A stretch of DNA of 64,000 nt from assembly GCF_006345805.1 (NCBI RefSeq), contig NC_043025.1, forward strand, positions 11,346,001 to 11,410,000, in the 5' to 3' direction. Below are positions 38,119 through 50,910 of the stretch, one piece after another. Below the pieces are notes generated by a model. The model had not been told where the DNA came from, ran no database searches, and saw nothing but the letters and a program-made list of their open reading frames with translations. The first letter of the stretch is position 1, and the number at the start of each line of letters is the position of its first letter. The DNA is from Octopus sinensis (taxonomy: Eukaryota). The position numbers were made by a program, and so were the translations under genes.

Positions 38119-39204
38119 TTGCTGTTGTTGTTGTTGTTGCTGCTGCTGCTGTTAAGCAACAAGACGAGTAAGGGTGATTAGGTGATGGTCTAGGGCTTAG
38201 GGGCGGGAGACCCCAGATCTTGGAAAACAAAAAATTTTTGGTCGTCTTGTAGTCGAGGGCTCTTCGTTGACGCCCGACGCCACTGGGAGGTGGCTCTCGG
38301 AAGTCGCTGGAAATGGAGATCTCCAGGTCCAAATTCTTGAATGGCTGCTACTGCTGCTGTTATTGTTGTTGTTTGCATCCCTCTTATGGTGTGTCTAGAA
38401 GAAGCCCAGCATCTCCTCTCCAGTGCTGAGATCTGGACCATCCTCAAATGGGACCTGAACAAGGTCGAGGTGTTCCAAATGTGTCTTTGTGAGATCCTTG
38501 GTGTCTCTCTACACAACCAAATTTCAAACAGCAACAACAAAGAACATCCAAATTAAAAATTTTTTAGTTACCTAGAAATTATGTTAAAAACTGCCGGCCA
38601 AACCGAAAAGATCCGTGTATTGGTTCAGAGGACAGTCCTCCCCTTTGGTCATCAGCTAGGGATTTTATTTTACTTCACTCCTTAGACTAGGAGTTGGCAA
38701 AATTTTCATATGGCTCCCTTCATGGATTTATTAGTGCTGGTACCTTGAAAAAAATGCACCCAGTACACTCTAAAAAGTGGTTGGTATTAGGAACGGTGTC
38801 TAGTAGCAGAAACCATGCTGAAGCAGACACTGGGCATGGCACAGTCCTCCTACCCTTCAGATCCTCTTAAATCATCCCACTTACAAGTTAGCGAATCTAT
38901 TGTCATTGACCCCTTTCAAGAAATCATTGATAACATATCAACATCACTCATGTTTTGTGAACCTCTAAAATAAAATTGGCATGGCTGTGTGGTTAGGGAG
39001 CTTGCTTCCTAGCTACATGGTTTCAGGTTCAGTCCCACTGCGTGGCACTTTGGGTACGTGTCTTCTGCTATAGCCCCAAGCCGACCGGAGCTTTGTGATT
39101 GAATTCGGTAGGTGGAAGTTACTGCCGTGTGTGTATGTGTGTGTATAGCTGCTCAGTGCCTCTCTGAAAGAGAGAGAGAGGGAATTAAATAATAATGATA
39201 ATGT

Positions 39205-40335
39205 ACCAATTCACACAACCAAAGTTGTTACTGAATGGCACGAGGAACATTCTAGTGAAGTTGAACATCTTATCTGGCCACCACAGTCTCCACATCTCAA
39301 TATTATTGAGAATTTATGGTGTATTTTAGGAAAAACAAATAAGGAGTTGATATCCTCCACCATCATCACTACAAGAACTGGAGACTGTTTTAGCTGAAGA
39401 ATGGACAAAAATTCCTTTGGAAACAATTCAAACTTTTTAGGAGTCCATACCTCGTAGAATTCAAGCTGTAATTATTGCCAAAGGTGGTCCTACCCCATAT
39501 TAAAATGAATTTCACAAGGCATGGTAACGGTGGACCATCGAACTGTCCAATATGCGAGCAGGATCTGGAAACAGTCTCGCACCCTATTGTTCAGTGTCCG
39601 GAAGTTTCAGACACGTGGGTATATGCGGAACACCTGTTGTCAGACGGAAGAAGAGTACAGCTATCAGCTGAGACAATTATAAAAATTGACTCGCCTAGCT
39701 TTTTGACAAGTGAAGGTAAGCATTGCTTTCTCATTACAGTAGCAGTAGTGAAGGAGTGTATATGGAAGACTAGAATGAGAGTTGTAAAGACAGGAACCAT
39801 GATCTCTGGCTCCGCCTTGGTGAACTTCTTTAAGTTCCACCTAAAAAGAAAGGTGGAGCTGGAGAAAAGGTGTCTGTCTGTGCGTGAGTTCGAAAAAAGA
39901 TGGAAGCGTGTGAAAGTGGCCACATGAGCACGCTATGAGTTAGCTACCGAGTTTCAGTGGGAAAAACAGGGCTCGTGGGGTCGGCAATAGAAGCGTGTGG
40001 CACGATTGCTGCAAGTGAAAGTGGCCACATGAGCACGCTATGAGTTAGCTACCGAGTTTCAGTGGGAAAAACAGGGCTCGTGGGGTCGGCAATTCTTGTG
40101 TTCCCACTTCATATGTCATTTTATGTTGTGTTGTAAAATTGTGTATCATCCGATTTCTTCGATTTTGTGTAAATTTTTAGGGATCATTTTTGTGTTATCT
40201 CCATTCATTTCTCATGACCCCAAATCACGATGTATTGTCCCCCTCTATGTTGGCCTCTTGTGGGCAATAAAGAAATAATTAAAATAAATTTGTTTGAAGT
40301 TTTAAGGTGTTTCCATTATTTCGTCCAACCCCTGT
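39205..40335 (+). mobile_element. Tc1 transposase C-terminus and 3' terminus, split by a LINE insertion
   Basis: WPPQSPHLNIIENLW...SIPRRIQAVIIAKGGPTPY-stop (39503); the terminal ...TCCAACCCCTG|TA lies at about 40333. Confidence 0.8.
39513..40277 (+). mobile_element. 5'-truncated L1/Tx1-clade LINE
   Basis: C-x2-C-x8-H-x4-C (CPICEQDLETVSHPIVQC) and a downstream IWKTR motif. A 14-bp TSD ATTAAAAT(G/A)AATTT lies at 39499-39512 and 40278-40291, containing TT/AAAA. There is a 79-bp direct duplication at 39910-39988 / 40015-40093. Confidence 0.75.
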
Positions 40336-40477
40336 ATATATAATCAACATTTGATATATCTGCTTTTCTCATACAAGCATGGGTTGTGTATGTGTGCATG
40401 TGCGTGTGTGATAAGTTCATTTTCTCTGTTGCTTTTGTTTTTTAATATCCCTTTCTTTCTTTCTGTGTTTTGTTTAG

Positions 40478-40558
40478 GAAAAGTGGGACAGTGTGACCCG
40501 GCGCTGGCATTGTGATAACACCCTTGCTCAACATCTGAAGCTGTTCATGATTGATGAA
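40478..40558 (+). CDS. HFM1: HFM1 exon (EKWDSVTRRW...LFMIDE)
   Basis: TTTAG| and |GTGAGA; 81 nt, ends in the DE of the DExH box. Confidence 0.95.
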
Positions 40559-40766
40559 GTGAGACTCCTCTTTTACTCTCTTACTTGTTTCAGTCATTTA
40601 ACTGTGGCCATGCTGGAGCACTGCCTTTTAATCGACCCCAGGACTTGTTCTTTGTAATCCTAGTACTTATTCTGTAGGTCTCTTTTGCCGAACCGCTATG
40701 TTACGGAAACGTAAACACACCAGCATCGGTTGTCAAGCGATGTTGGGGGAGGGAGAACAAACATAT

Positions 40767-40797
<31 letters not shown>

Positions 40798-43075
40798 CGA
40801 TGGGCTTCTTTTAGTTTCCGTCTACCAAATCCACTCACAAGGCTTTGGTCGACCTGAGGCTATAGTAGAAGACAGTGGGCCTTGTGCCAAAATATGAAAT
40901 CGTTATCATTGTTGTCGCTTCACTGGCACGTGTAAAAGGATTCAAGCGAGGTCGTTGCCAGTACCGCCTGACTGGCCCCATGCTGGTGGCATGTAAAAGC
41001 ACCCACTACGCTCTCGGAGTGGTTGGCGTTAGGAAGGGCATCCAGCTGTAGAAACTCTGCCAGATCAAGATTGGAGCCTGGTGCAGCCATCTGGTTCGCC
41101 AGCCCTCAGTCAAACCGTCCAACCCATGCTAGCATGGAAAGCAGACGTTAAACGATGACGATGACAGTGAGCTGGCAGAATCATTAGCACACCGGACAAA
41201 ATGCTTAGCAGCATTTCATGTCTCTATGTTCTTATATATGCCAAAAATGCATTAAAAATGGGGAAAATTGATGGTAAATTTTTTTTTAAATTGTAGACTC
41301 ATCGTAGACGCGCGCTAATACCCAGAAGGGGTTGATATGTATCACGACTATAAGATACCCGCTTTTGGTTACCCTGCACCGCAAAATGTGGGAGTAGTTA
41401 GGAATCTAAATCATAGGAGACAGACACACAACTTGACTTTTATATATAAAGATGTTTATTTAATCACATTGTTTTGAATTAATCATGCATTTTCTCATTG
41501 CTTTGAGAGATTTTGATAATGTAGTTGCTTATTATTAGCGCTAAATACCTGGGTAGTTGCAGGAAGCCATACCTGGCTGGTTTGAATATATAACAGGTAG
41601 AATATATGGGTCAGATATGGCTGGTTTAAGTGCTGATTGATGAAGCGAAATTAGCAGTCTTTGTGTGTTTTTGAATAGATAATATGTATCTTCCATGGTG
41701 TAAATATTTTAGCTTCAACTCACGGTCTCAGTTCAGATCACTTACTAGCAAATAAACCTTTCAAATATTAATAATAATGGTTTCAAACTTTGGCACAAGG
41801 CCAGCAATTTTTGGAGAGTTGGGTAAGTCAATCCCAATGGAACCAGTACTGGTACTTTATATATCAACTCTGGAAGGCTAAGTCTACCTTGGCAGAATTT
41901 GAACTCAGGATGTCAAGCCAGAAGAAATACCACTAATCATTTTGTCCAGTGTGCTAATAATTCTGCAAGCTTGACGAATATATAATATTACTGATTATTT
42001 CTAGATGCAGGAGTGGCTGTGTGGTAAGTAGCTTGCTTACCAACCACATGCTTCCAAGTTCAGTCCCACTGTGTAGCACCTTGGGCAAGTGTCTTCTATT
42101 ATAGCCTCGGGCCAACCAAAGCCTTGTGAGTAGATTTGGTAGACGGAAACTGAAAGAAGCCCGTTGTATATATATATATATGCAGGAGTGGCTGTGTGGT
42201 AAGTAGATTGCTTACCAACCACATGGTTCCGGGTTCAGTCCCACTGCGTGGCATCTTGGGCAAGTGTCTTCTACTATAGCATCGGGCCAACCAAAGCCTT
42301 GTGAGTGGATTTAGTAGATGGAAACTGAAAGAAGCCCGTCGTATATATGTATTTATATAGGTGTATGTATGTTTGTGTGTCTGTGTTTATCCCCCCAACA
42401 TTGCTTGACAACTGATGCTGGTGTGTTTACGTCCCCGTAACTTAGCAGTTTGGGAAAAGAGACTGATAGAATAAGTATTAGGCTTACAAAGAATAAGTCC
42501 TGGGGTTGATCTGCTCGACTAAAGGCAGTGCTCCAGCATGGCCACAATCAAATGACTGAAACAAGTAAAAGAATATTATGTGGGTATATATGTAGACTGA
42601 GTTATATTACATAATCTCCGAAGAGGCTTTATGATAATTTTGTAAATGTCTCATTTATATCTATATATTGGCCAACCATAAAGGGCTAATATTGGTAAAA
42701 TGAGACATACTTATCTACATGGCCGAAACAGCTGTAAGACGTAATCTATACTTATATTTATATTTACTTATATTTATATTCTTTTTTATATATATTCTAA
42801 CTATTATACAACATTACTCTTTTATGTACACTTCTTTATGTACATTCCTTTATGTACACTGATTTGTTCTCCTTTTTATATTTAACCCTATAGTCTCTTA
42901 TGTGGTGGTTTAATAAAGTATGTGATTGAGTATTATCTGGTAATTGATATTTGATTTAGATGTATTTCTCCATTTTCTTATCTTGTATATATAAAATACT
43001 ACACTTATCCATAATTTTTCATGGTACGGGGACACCTAGTATTAATAATGATAATTATGAATTTGTTGTTTTTAG

Positions 43076-43240
43076 ATACACACATTAAATGATCCAGGCA
43101 GAGGGTCAACTATTGAAGCAGTGATCAGTCGGATGAAAACCATCCATGTGGCCTCCAAGTGGATGGAGAAGGACTTCAGTGAGAAGAAGAACAATATCCG
43201 GTTTTTGGCTGTTTCTGCAACCATACAGAACCTCAATGAT
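43076..43240 (+). CDS. HFM1: HFM1 exon, end of motif II (DEIH) and motif III (SAT)
   Basis: IHTLNDPGRGSTIEAVISRMKT...RFLAVSATIQNLND; 165 nt; canonical splice sites. Confidence 0.95.
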
Positions 43241-43518
43241 GTGAGATCTTCTGGCAGTTTTGGAGACGGTTTTTCTTAATATAAAAGAAGAATGTGTGTG
43301 TATGTTTGTGTATATGTGTGTGCTTGTATGTGCGTGTGTGCTTGTACATAGGTGTGTGGTTGTAAAAATGCATGTGTATTTGTATGTGTGTGTTGTTCAT
43401 GTGTGTGTATATGTGGGTGTGTGTGTGTGTGTCTGTAAGTGTGTGCATGTATGTTCATGTGTATGTATGTGTGCATAAAATAATGTATACAGTGCTCAGG
43501 TGCATGTTTGTATGTGTG

Positions 43519-43563
<45 letters not shown>

Positions 43564-43571
<8 letters not shown>

Positions 43572-44024
43572 ATATTTCGGAATGGTCATATTGCCAGTTT
43601 AGCCAATAAAAAACACACGCACTATATATTTGGTGTTATTTTGCTTCAGTGATATTTATTTTTTACATTAATCTTAATCTTATTTCGGCCAAAGTTCTTT
43701 CGTCACACTCCTGTGACCGCATCAGTGGTCCTTTGTTTTCTTCTCACTTACTTGTGTCTCTCCTTACTAACCGTCAGCCATTTTGTATTTTATATTTTAT
43801 ATATAAAATGGCTGACGGTTAGTAAGGAGAGACACAAGTAAGTGAGAAGAAAACAAAGGACCACTGATGCGGTCACAGGAGTGTGACGAAAGAACTTTGG
43901 CCGAAATAAGATTAAGATTAATGTAAAAAATAAATATCACTGAAGCAAAATAACACCAAATATATAGTGCGTGTGTTTTTATTGGCTAAACTGGCAATAT
44001 GACCATTCCGAAATATAACAATAT
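43564..44024. repeat. Near-perfect 220-bp palindrome (arms 43564-43784 and 43805-44024)
   Basis: The arms are reverse complements apart from a 1-nt homopolymer difference, with a 20-nt AT loop. A single diverged arm is at 7512-7735. Confidence 0.92.
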
Positions 44025-47000
44025 CTGTTTCAACACACGACTTCACATAAAAAATCTTGCACAACAAATATTTAAACGTACTATATATATATATATAAAA
44101 ATGTATTTCCGATCTCAGCGCGCCAAAGTGAAGGCATTTGAAAGATACACATAAATATAATTGGTTGGACTCTATGCATGCGAGACTCCGGTCAAACGTT
44201 TTTGTATCTAGTCCTGCAAATTGTATTTCTATATGACAGACCATGCTGAAGAGATTGTGGGTATTCACATGTGTGGATAATAACAATCGAAACTGATCAG
44301 TACATAGGTAATCATTTTTATTTCGTATATTTTCATTTGTCTTACTTATTTTTAATACTTTGGTATGTGCTGGATTTTTATTTGAGAACATATTCTTTGT
44401 GGAAAATAGCGATTTGACATCTATATCTAGCATATTGACTGTCCACTTTTAGTGGTCAGTCCTTTAAATTTTGTATGTAAAAATATATTAATCTTCGGAT
44501 TTTTTTAATATGCTAGGCCACTGGTTTTAATTGATTAATATCAATTTCTACCCTTATTAAATTTTTATATATATATATATGTGTGTGTGTGTTTGTATGT
44601 CTGTATATGTGAATGTGTGTGGCTTAGTGGTTAGGGCATTTGGCTCACAATCGTAAGGTCATGAGTTCAATTCCTGATAGAGCATTGTGTCCTTGAGCAA
44701 GACATTTCATGTTATTTCACGCTGCTCCAGTCCACTCAGCTGGCAAAAATGAGTAGTACCTGTATTTCAAAGGAGCCAGCCTTGTCACACTCTATGTCAC
44801 ACTGAATCTCCCTCAGAACTATGTTAAGGGTACATGTGTCTGTGTAGTATATATAATAGGTGTCTTTCAGTTTCCGTTTACCAGATCCACTCAGAAGGCT
44901 TTGGTTGGCCTGAGGCTGCAGTAGAAAACACTTGCCCAAGGTGCAACGCAGTGGGACTGAACCTGGGACCATGTGGTTGGGAAACAAACTTCTTACCACA
45001 CATCCACACCTGTACATGTATGTATATCGGAATGCATATATGTATATTTGTTCTTACCATACAACCACACCTACCTGTCTATTTATGTAGTTGAATGACT
45101 TGCTTCTGGTCCAAGACAAACTTGTTACCACACAGCCACACCTGTACCTATATCTGTCTTTTTGGTCAGACAACTAGCCTGGCTTAACCCTTTCATTACC
45201 AACCCGGCTGAAACCGGCTCTGGCTCTGTTTTCATAAGTTCTGAATTAAAGTCTTCCACCAAACCTTAGTCACAATTTATGTTCCTAACGCTAGCTGAAT
45301 GATAACTAAGTTATTTTACTAAATTCTTTGTTATATTTAAAGTAATTGAAAGAAACACAGAGCATCTCAACAGAAATATGGCAACAGAAGGGTTAAAATA
45401 TATAATAGAGAATCAATTCTTAACCCTTTTGATACCAACCTGGTTGAAACCACTTCTGGCTCTGAGTACAAATGTCTTGTTTTCAAAAGTTTTGGATTAA
45501 AATCTTCCACCAAACCTTAGTCACAATTTATGTTCCTAACACTAGCTGAATGATAACTAAGTTATTAAATTAATCTGAATGCCAAAGGGTTAAATATTAC
45601 ATTTTTTAAATGCACAAAATGTCTTCTTGAATACATATTTCTGAAATTGTGTCGTTAACCCTTTTGATACCAACCCGGCTGGAACCAGCTCTGGCTCTGA
45701 GTACAAATGTCTTGTTTTCATAAGTTCTGAATTAAAATCTTCCCCTAAACCTTAGTCACAATTTATGTTCCTAACACTAGCTTAATGATAACTAAGTTAT
45801 TTTACTAAATTCTTTGTTATATTTAACTCTTTAGTGTTCGCATTATTCTATCAAACATAATGCTTATTGATTCCCATTGATTTGAATTAATCATGCATTA
45901 TCTCATATCTTCAAGATCTTGATGGTGTAATTACTTAATGTAGAATAACATTGTAGGGTAGGTGTGAGAGCCTGGATCTGGTCAGTTTGAACATAAAACA
46001 GATTAAATATTTTGGCCGGATATGGCCGGTTTAAATGCTAAAGGGTTAAAGTAATAATTGAAAGAAACACAGAGCATCTCAAAATAAATACAGTAACAAA
46101 AAGGTTAAGGATGTCCTGATCTTCCAGGGTATTCTTCATATCTTCAACCTGATACTCAGTGTCTTCTGCAAGTTAATCTCAATAAATGTTCTTGGTTTAC
46201 CAATACCTGTATAGCCATGCATGTGTTTCCAGTGACAGAAATTGCAGGATATTTCATCCAGTACTCTTAAAACATAACAATACTCCCTGAACTAACAAGA
46301 AAATGTAATAAAAACTTCCTTCAGTCACGAATGACCATGGGGTGACACCTAGAAAGTTTCCCTCTGAGGCACAAGTCTGGGCAAGGTTCTTTATGTTTCT
46401 CATTACCTTCTGCCGGAGCCGCGTGGAGCTTAGGTGTTTCACTCATAAACACACACATTGCCCGGTCTGAGATTCGAATCCGCGATCCCTCAACTGCGAG
46501 TCTGCTGCTCTAACCACTAGGCCATGTGCCTCCACAAAGAAACATTCACATAGACAAACACACACAAGGAAACACTCACGCAAAGAAACATTGTTTGTTT
46601 GTTTGTTCCTTCTCGAGCCATGCCTGGCTCATAAGGGCCAGTTTCCCGGTTTCTTGGCGTATAGGTTCCCCACCTGGACGGGACGCCGGCCCGTCGCAGG
46701 TGAGCTGCAAGATGCAGGAGGAAAGAGAGAAAGTTGTGGTGAAAGAGTCAGCAGAAGTTTCGCCATTACCTTCTGCTGGAGCCGCGTGGAGCTTAGGTGT
46801 TTTTGCTCATAAACACACACCTTGTCTGGTCTGAGATTCAAACTCACGATCCCTCGACTGCGAGTCCGCTGCTCTAACCACTAGGCCATGTGCCTCCACA
46901 AGGTTGTTTATGGAAGACCAGCAGTCGCCCATGTATACCAGCCTTCCCTCTTAGTACCACCGATATTATCCAAGGCCCAAAACAGCTTGGCACCAGTGGC

Positions 47001-47286
47001 ATTACTATTCATTTCTATAGCTGAGCGAACTGGAACAATGCGAAAAATAAAGTGTCTTGCTCAAGGACACAGCACACAGCCAGGTCCAGGAATTGAACTC
47101 ACAACTTCACAGATGTAAACATGATGCCCTAACCACTGAGCCATGCACTTAACCCAGCAACAACAATATTCCATCAACTATTGCTGTTCCTCCTCCACCC
47201 ATCCTCCCCTTCATACTCTCCTTCATCGTCTCTATGTATTTCTTGTATTCAGTGAACCTAAACTCTCCTGTTTCTACTCCTCACAG

Positions 47287-47333
47287 CTTGCTGAATGGTT
47301 GGGGGACAGCGATGATCCAGCCGTCACTTTTAA
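47287..47333 (+). CDS. HFM1: HFM1 exon (LAEWLGDSDDPAVTF-K)
   Basis: CACAG| and AA|GTATAA; the AEWL motif is conserved in HFM1; phase 0 to 2. Confidence 0.9.
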
Positions 47334-48574
47334 GTATAAAATAATGTTTATTATATTTCATTATTTTTAATAATTGATCTTTGGTTTTGTTCTTTCATCA
47401 GTTTTAGTCATCTTTGAACTGTGGCTCCACTGGGGTATTGTCTGCAAAGGTGTTCTAAGTTAAATATATTGTATTGGCCTGGTTATCTTGCTTACTATTG
47501 GCATATATGCAGCATATCTATATATCTACCCGTGCCAGTGGCACATAAAAAGCACCATCCGAACGTAGCCGTTGCCAGCGCAGCCTCGACTGGCTTCTGT
47601 GCCGGTGACACATAAAAAGCACCATCCGAACGTAGCTGTTGCCAGCGCTGCCTTGACTGGCTTCTGTGCTGGTGGCACATAAAAATCACCATCTGAACGT
47701 GGCCGATGCCAGCACCGCCTCGACTGGCTTCTGTGCCGGTGGCACATAAAAAACACCATCTGAACGTGGCCGATGCCAGGGCTGCCTCGACTGGCTCCAG
47801 TGCCGGTGGCACGTTAAAAGCACCAACCGATCGTGGCCGATGCTGGACCCCTCTGGCACCTGTGCAGGTGGTACGTAAAAAGCACCCACTACACTCTCGG
47901 AGTGGTTGGCATTAGGAAGGGCATCCAGCTGTAGAAACTCTACCAGACCAGACTCAGCCTGGTGCAACCTCTGGTTCGCCAGCCCTCAGTCAAATCGTCC
48001 AACCCATGCCAGCATGGAAAGCGGATGTTAAGCAATAACGATGATGATCTGGCTGCTGTTTCTTGCACACTCAGTGACTGTGTAGAAGCTCCTTTTATTG
48101 TTTAGCTTACCGGTTGGTTTAATGTCAAAGGTATCTTCATCCAAGACAATAAGGGTCACACTAGCCAAGTGGTTCAGATTCTGTAGGCACAAATCTGAAA
48201 AACAAGGGTTCAAATTTAACAAGAGAGTACACACAGATTAATTAGCATGTAAATGTGTGTGTGTGTGTGTGAGTCTGGTGCAGCCATCTGGTTCGCCAGC
48301 CCTCAGTCAAAATCGTCCAACCCATGCTAGCATGGAAAGCGGATGTTAAACGATGATGATGATGATGATATATATATATGAATTCAATTAGAGGTTAAGT
48401 TAACCTTATCAAGGGATAGTATCATCCAGTGAATTACTGGTTGAATACCTGATATTTGTTATGAACAATAATCTTCATAAAATAATAGGTTCATACATAT
48501 AGATCATGGTTTATAATCATTCAAACAAAAAAAAAAAAAAAGAAAATGTAGATATAACTCTCTTTACTCTCTTA

Positions 48575-48739
48575 CAGGTGCAGGAGTGGCTGTGTGGTAA
48601 GTAGCTTGTTTATTAACCACATGGTTCCAGGTTCAGTCCCACTGCGTGGCATCTTGGGCAAGTGTCTCCTGCTATAGCCCCGGGCCGACCAATGCCTTGT
48701 GAGTGGATTTGGTAGACGGAAACTGAAAGAAGCCCGTCG

Positions 48740-48778
<39 letters not shown>

Positions 48779-49007
48779 GTATGTGTGTCTGTGTGTTTGT
48801 GTGCCTGTGTTTGCCCCCTAGCATTGCTTGACAAACGATGCTGGTGTGTTTACGTCCCCGTCACTTAGCGGTTCAGCAAAAGAGACCGATAGAATAAGTA
48901 CTGGGCTTACAAAGAATAAGTCCTGGGGTCGATTTGCTCGACTAAAAGGCGGTGCTCCAGCATGGCCGCAGTCAAATGACTGAAACAAGTAAAAGAGTAA
49001 AGAGTAA
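48575..49007 (+). mobile_element. Abundant composite tRNA-derived SINE (head/core - internal (TA)n(TG)n - 3' part with (AAAGAGT)n tail); representative copy
   Basis: More than 20 full or partial copies, e.g. 659-1042, 1926-2335, 12650-13030 (-), 19060-19470 (-), 23097-23520, 28100-28480, 31760-32165 (-), 34050-34640 (-), 42006-42575, 54945-55370 (-) and 57015-57420 (-). Tandem head duplications are frequent. Coordinates are approximate. Confidence 0.85.
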
Positions 49008-49177
49008 TAACATTTGATAAAAATTTATCTGCAAAAATCAAACATCGTCCTTTACAGCTGTTTCAGTTAAGTCTGATTGACTGAATAGCAATTATTAAAA
49101 GCATTATATTAGGCAAAATCTCTACAGAAGGGTTGAAAAAAATGTACTGTTATGTTTTTAATTATTGTAATTTAGAA

Positions 49178-50260
49178 TCATCATCATCATCATCATCATC
49201 ATTTAGCGTCCGTTTTCCATGCTAGCATGGGTTGGACGGTTCTACTGGGGTCTGTGAAGCCAGAAGGCTTCATCAGGCCCAGTCAAATCTGGCAGTGTTT
49301 CTACGGCTGGATGCCCTTCCTAACGCCAACCACTCCGTGAGTGTAGTGGGTGCTTTTTACGTGCCACCCGCACTGGTGCCAGACAGAGCTGGCAAACGGC
49401 CACGAACGGATGGTGCTTTTTATGTGCCACCGGCACGAGGGCCAGGCGAGGCTGGCAACGGACACGAAACGGGGCAGTGCTGGCAACGGTCGCGAACGGA
49501 AGTTCTCTTACATGCCACCGGCAACTGGTAACACATCTGCAATTTCCATTGATCGATTTCCATTGATCGATTTCGATTCTGATCCTCACTTGCCTCAATG
49601 GGTCTTCACAAGCAGAGTTTCGACATGCCCCGGCACTGGTAGCACATCCGCATTTCCATTGATCGATTTCGATTCTGATCCTCACTTGCCTCAACACGTC
49701 TTCACAAGTAGAGTTTTGTGTCCCAAGAAGGAAGGTATGCATACGTAGGCTGGCTCCATCCCATGTAGAAGGCCACGGGTTGTGGACTCACTTGTCCTGC
49801 CGGGTCTTCTCGCGCACAGCACACTTCCAGAGGTCTCGGTCTCTAGTCATTTCCTCAGTGAGACCTAAAGTTCGAAGGTCGTGCTTCACCACCTCGTCCC
49901 AGGTTTTCCTGGGTCTGCCTCTTCCACAGGTTCCCTCAACCGCTAGGGTGTGGCACTTTTTCACACACAACTATCTTCATCCATTCTCGCCACATGACCA
50001 TACCAGCGCAAACGTCTCTCTGCACACCACACTGATGCTTCTTAGGTCCAGCTTTTCTCTCAAGGTACTTACACTCTGCCGAGTGTGAGTACCGGCATTA
50101 CACATCCATCGGAGCATACTGGCTTCATTTCTAGCGAGCTTACGCATATCCTCAGCAGTCACGGCCCATGTTTCACTGCCATGTAGCATGGCTGTTCGTA
50201 CACACGCATCATACAGTCTGCCTTTCACTCTGTGCGACAGGCCTTTTGTCACCAGCAGAG
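49178..50260 (-). mobile_element. RTE-clade LINE 3' end with its long 3' UTR and (TGA)n tail
   Basis: LHGSETWAVTAEDMRKL...EGTCGRGRPRKTWDEVV...RDLWK runs directly into the repeat ending GGAAAACGGACGCTAAATGATGATG. A second example is at 56128-56762. UTR-only copies occur at about 1652, 14331, 17043, 19890, 28900, 35620, 37500, 40900, 47520, 50395 and 63701. Confidence 0.88.
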
Positions 50261-50910
50261 CTGCAATAATAATTGCTATTTGACCTATTTAGGCTTATTC
50301 GGAACAGCTGTTGGATTTTTGCAGATAATGAATTTTCATTAAATGTTATACCTCCACTTTCTTACTTTCTTTTGAATGATTATAAACTATGATATATATA
50401 TGCCGGTGGCATCTTGTGATACCTGTGCCGGTGGCACGTAAAAAGCACCATCCAAACATGGCTGATGCCAGCACCGCCTTGACTGGCTCCTGTGCCGGTG
50501 GCACATAAAAAGCACCATCCAAACATGGCTGATGCCAGTGCCGCCTTGATGGCTTCCGTGCCGGTGGCACGTAAAAAGCACCATCCAAACATGGCCGATG
50601 CCAGCGCCGCCTTGACTGGCACCTGTGCCGGTAGCACATAAAAAGCACCCACTACACTCTCGGAGTGGTTGGCATTAGGAAGGGCATCCAGCTGTAGAAA
50701 CAGTGCCAGATCAGACTGGAGCTTGGTGCAGCCCCTGGCTTCCCAGACCCCGGTCAAACCATCCAACCTGTGCTAGCATGGAAAACAGACGTTAAACGAT
50801 GATGATGATGATGATCTATATATATATGTAATTAGGATAAAGTCATTAATTAATGATTTATCAGAGGCCAGCATATTAAAATACAATAATGGTTCATTTC
50901 TATTAAACTC

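Noticed and set aside
38170-38530. Possible nested gene (116-aa and 91-aa ORFs)
   Set aside because: Better explained as scrambled RTE-like RT fragments (AEIWTILKWDLNKVEVFQM; GRP..W...WEVALGSRWKW).
43918-44433. ORF beginning MLDIDVKSLFST, reminiscent of the Penelope RT DVxSLF motif, next to the palindrome
   Set aside because: Only a 6-residue resemblance, with no other RT motifs.
46110-46270. Minus-strand DEISCNFC...YTG...TLSIRL resembling a GIY-YIG endonuclease fragment
   Set aside because: Motif spacing is poor and it is interrupted by stops; it needs an HMM search.
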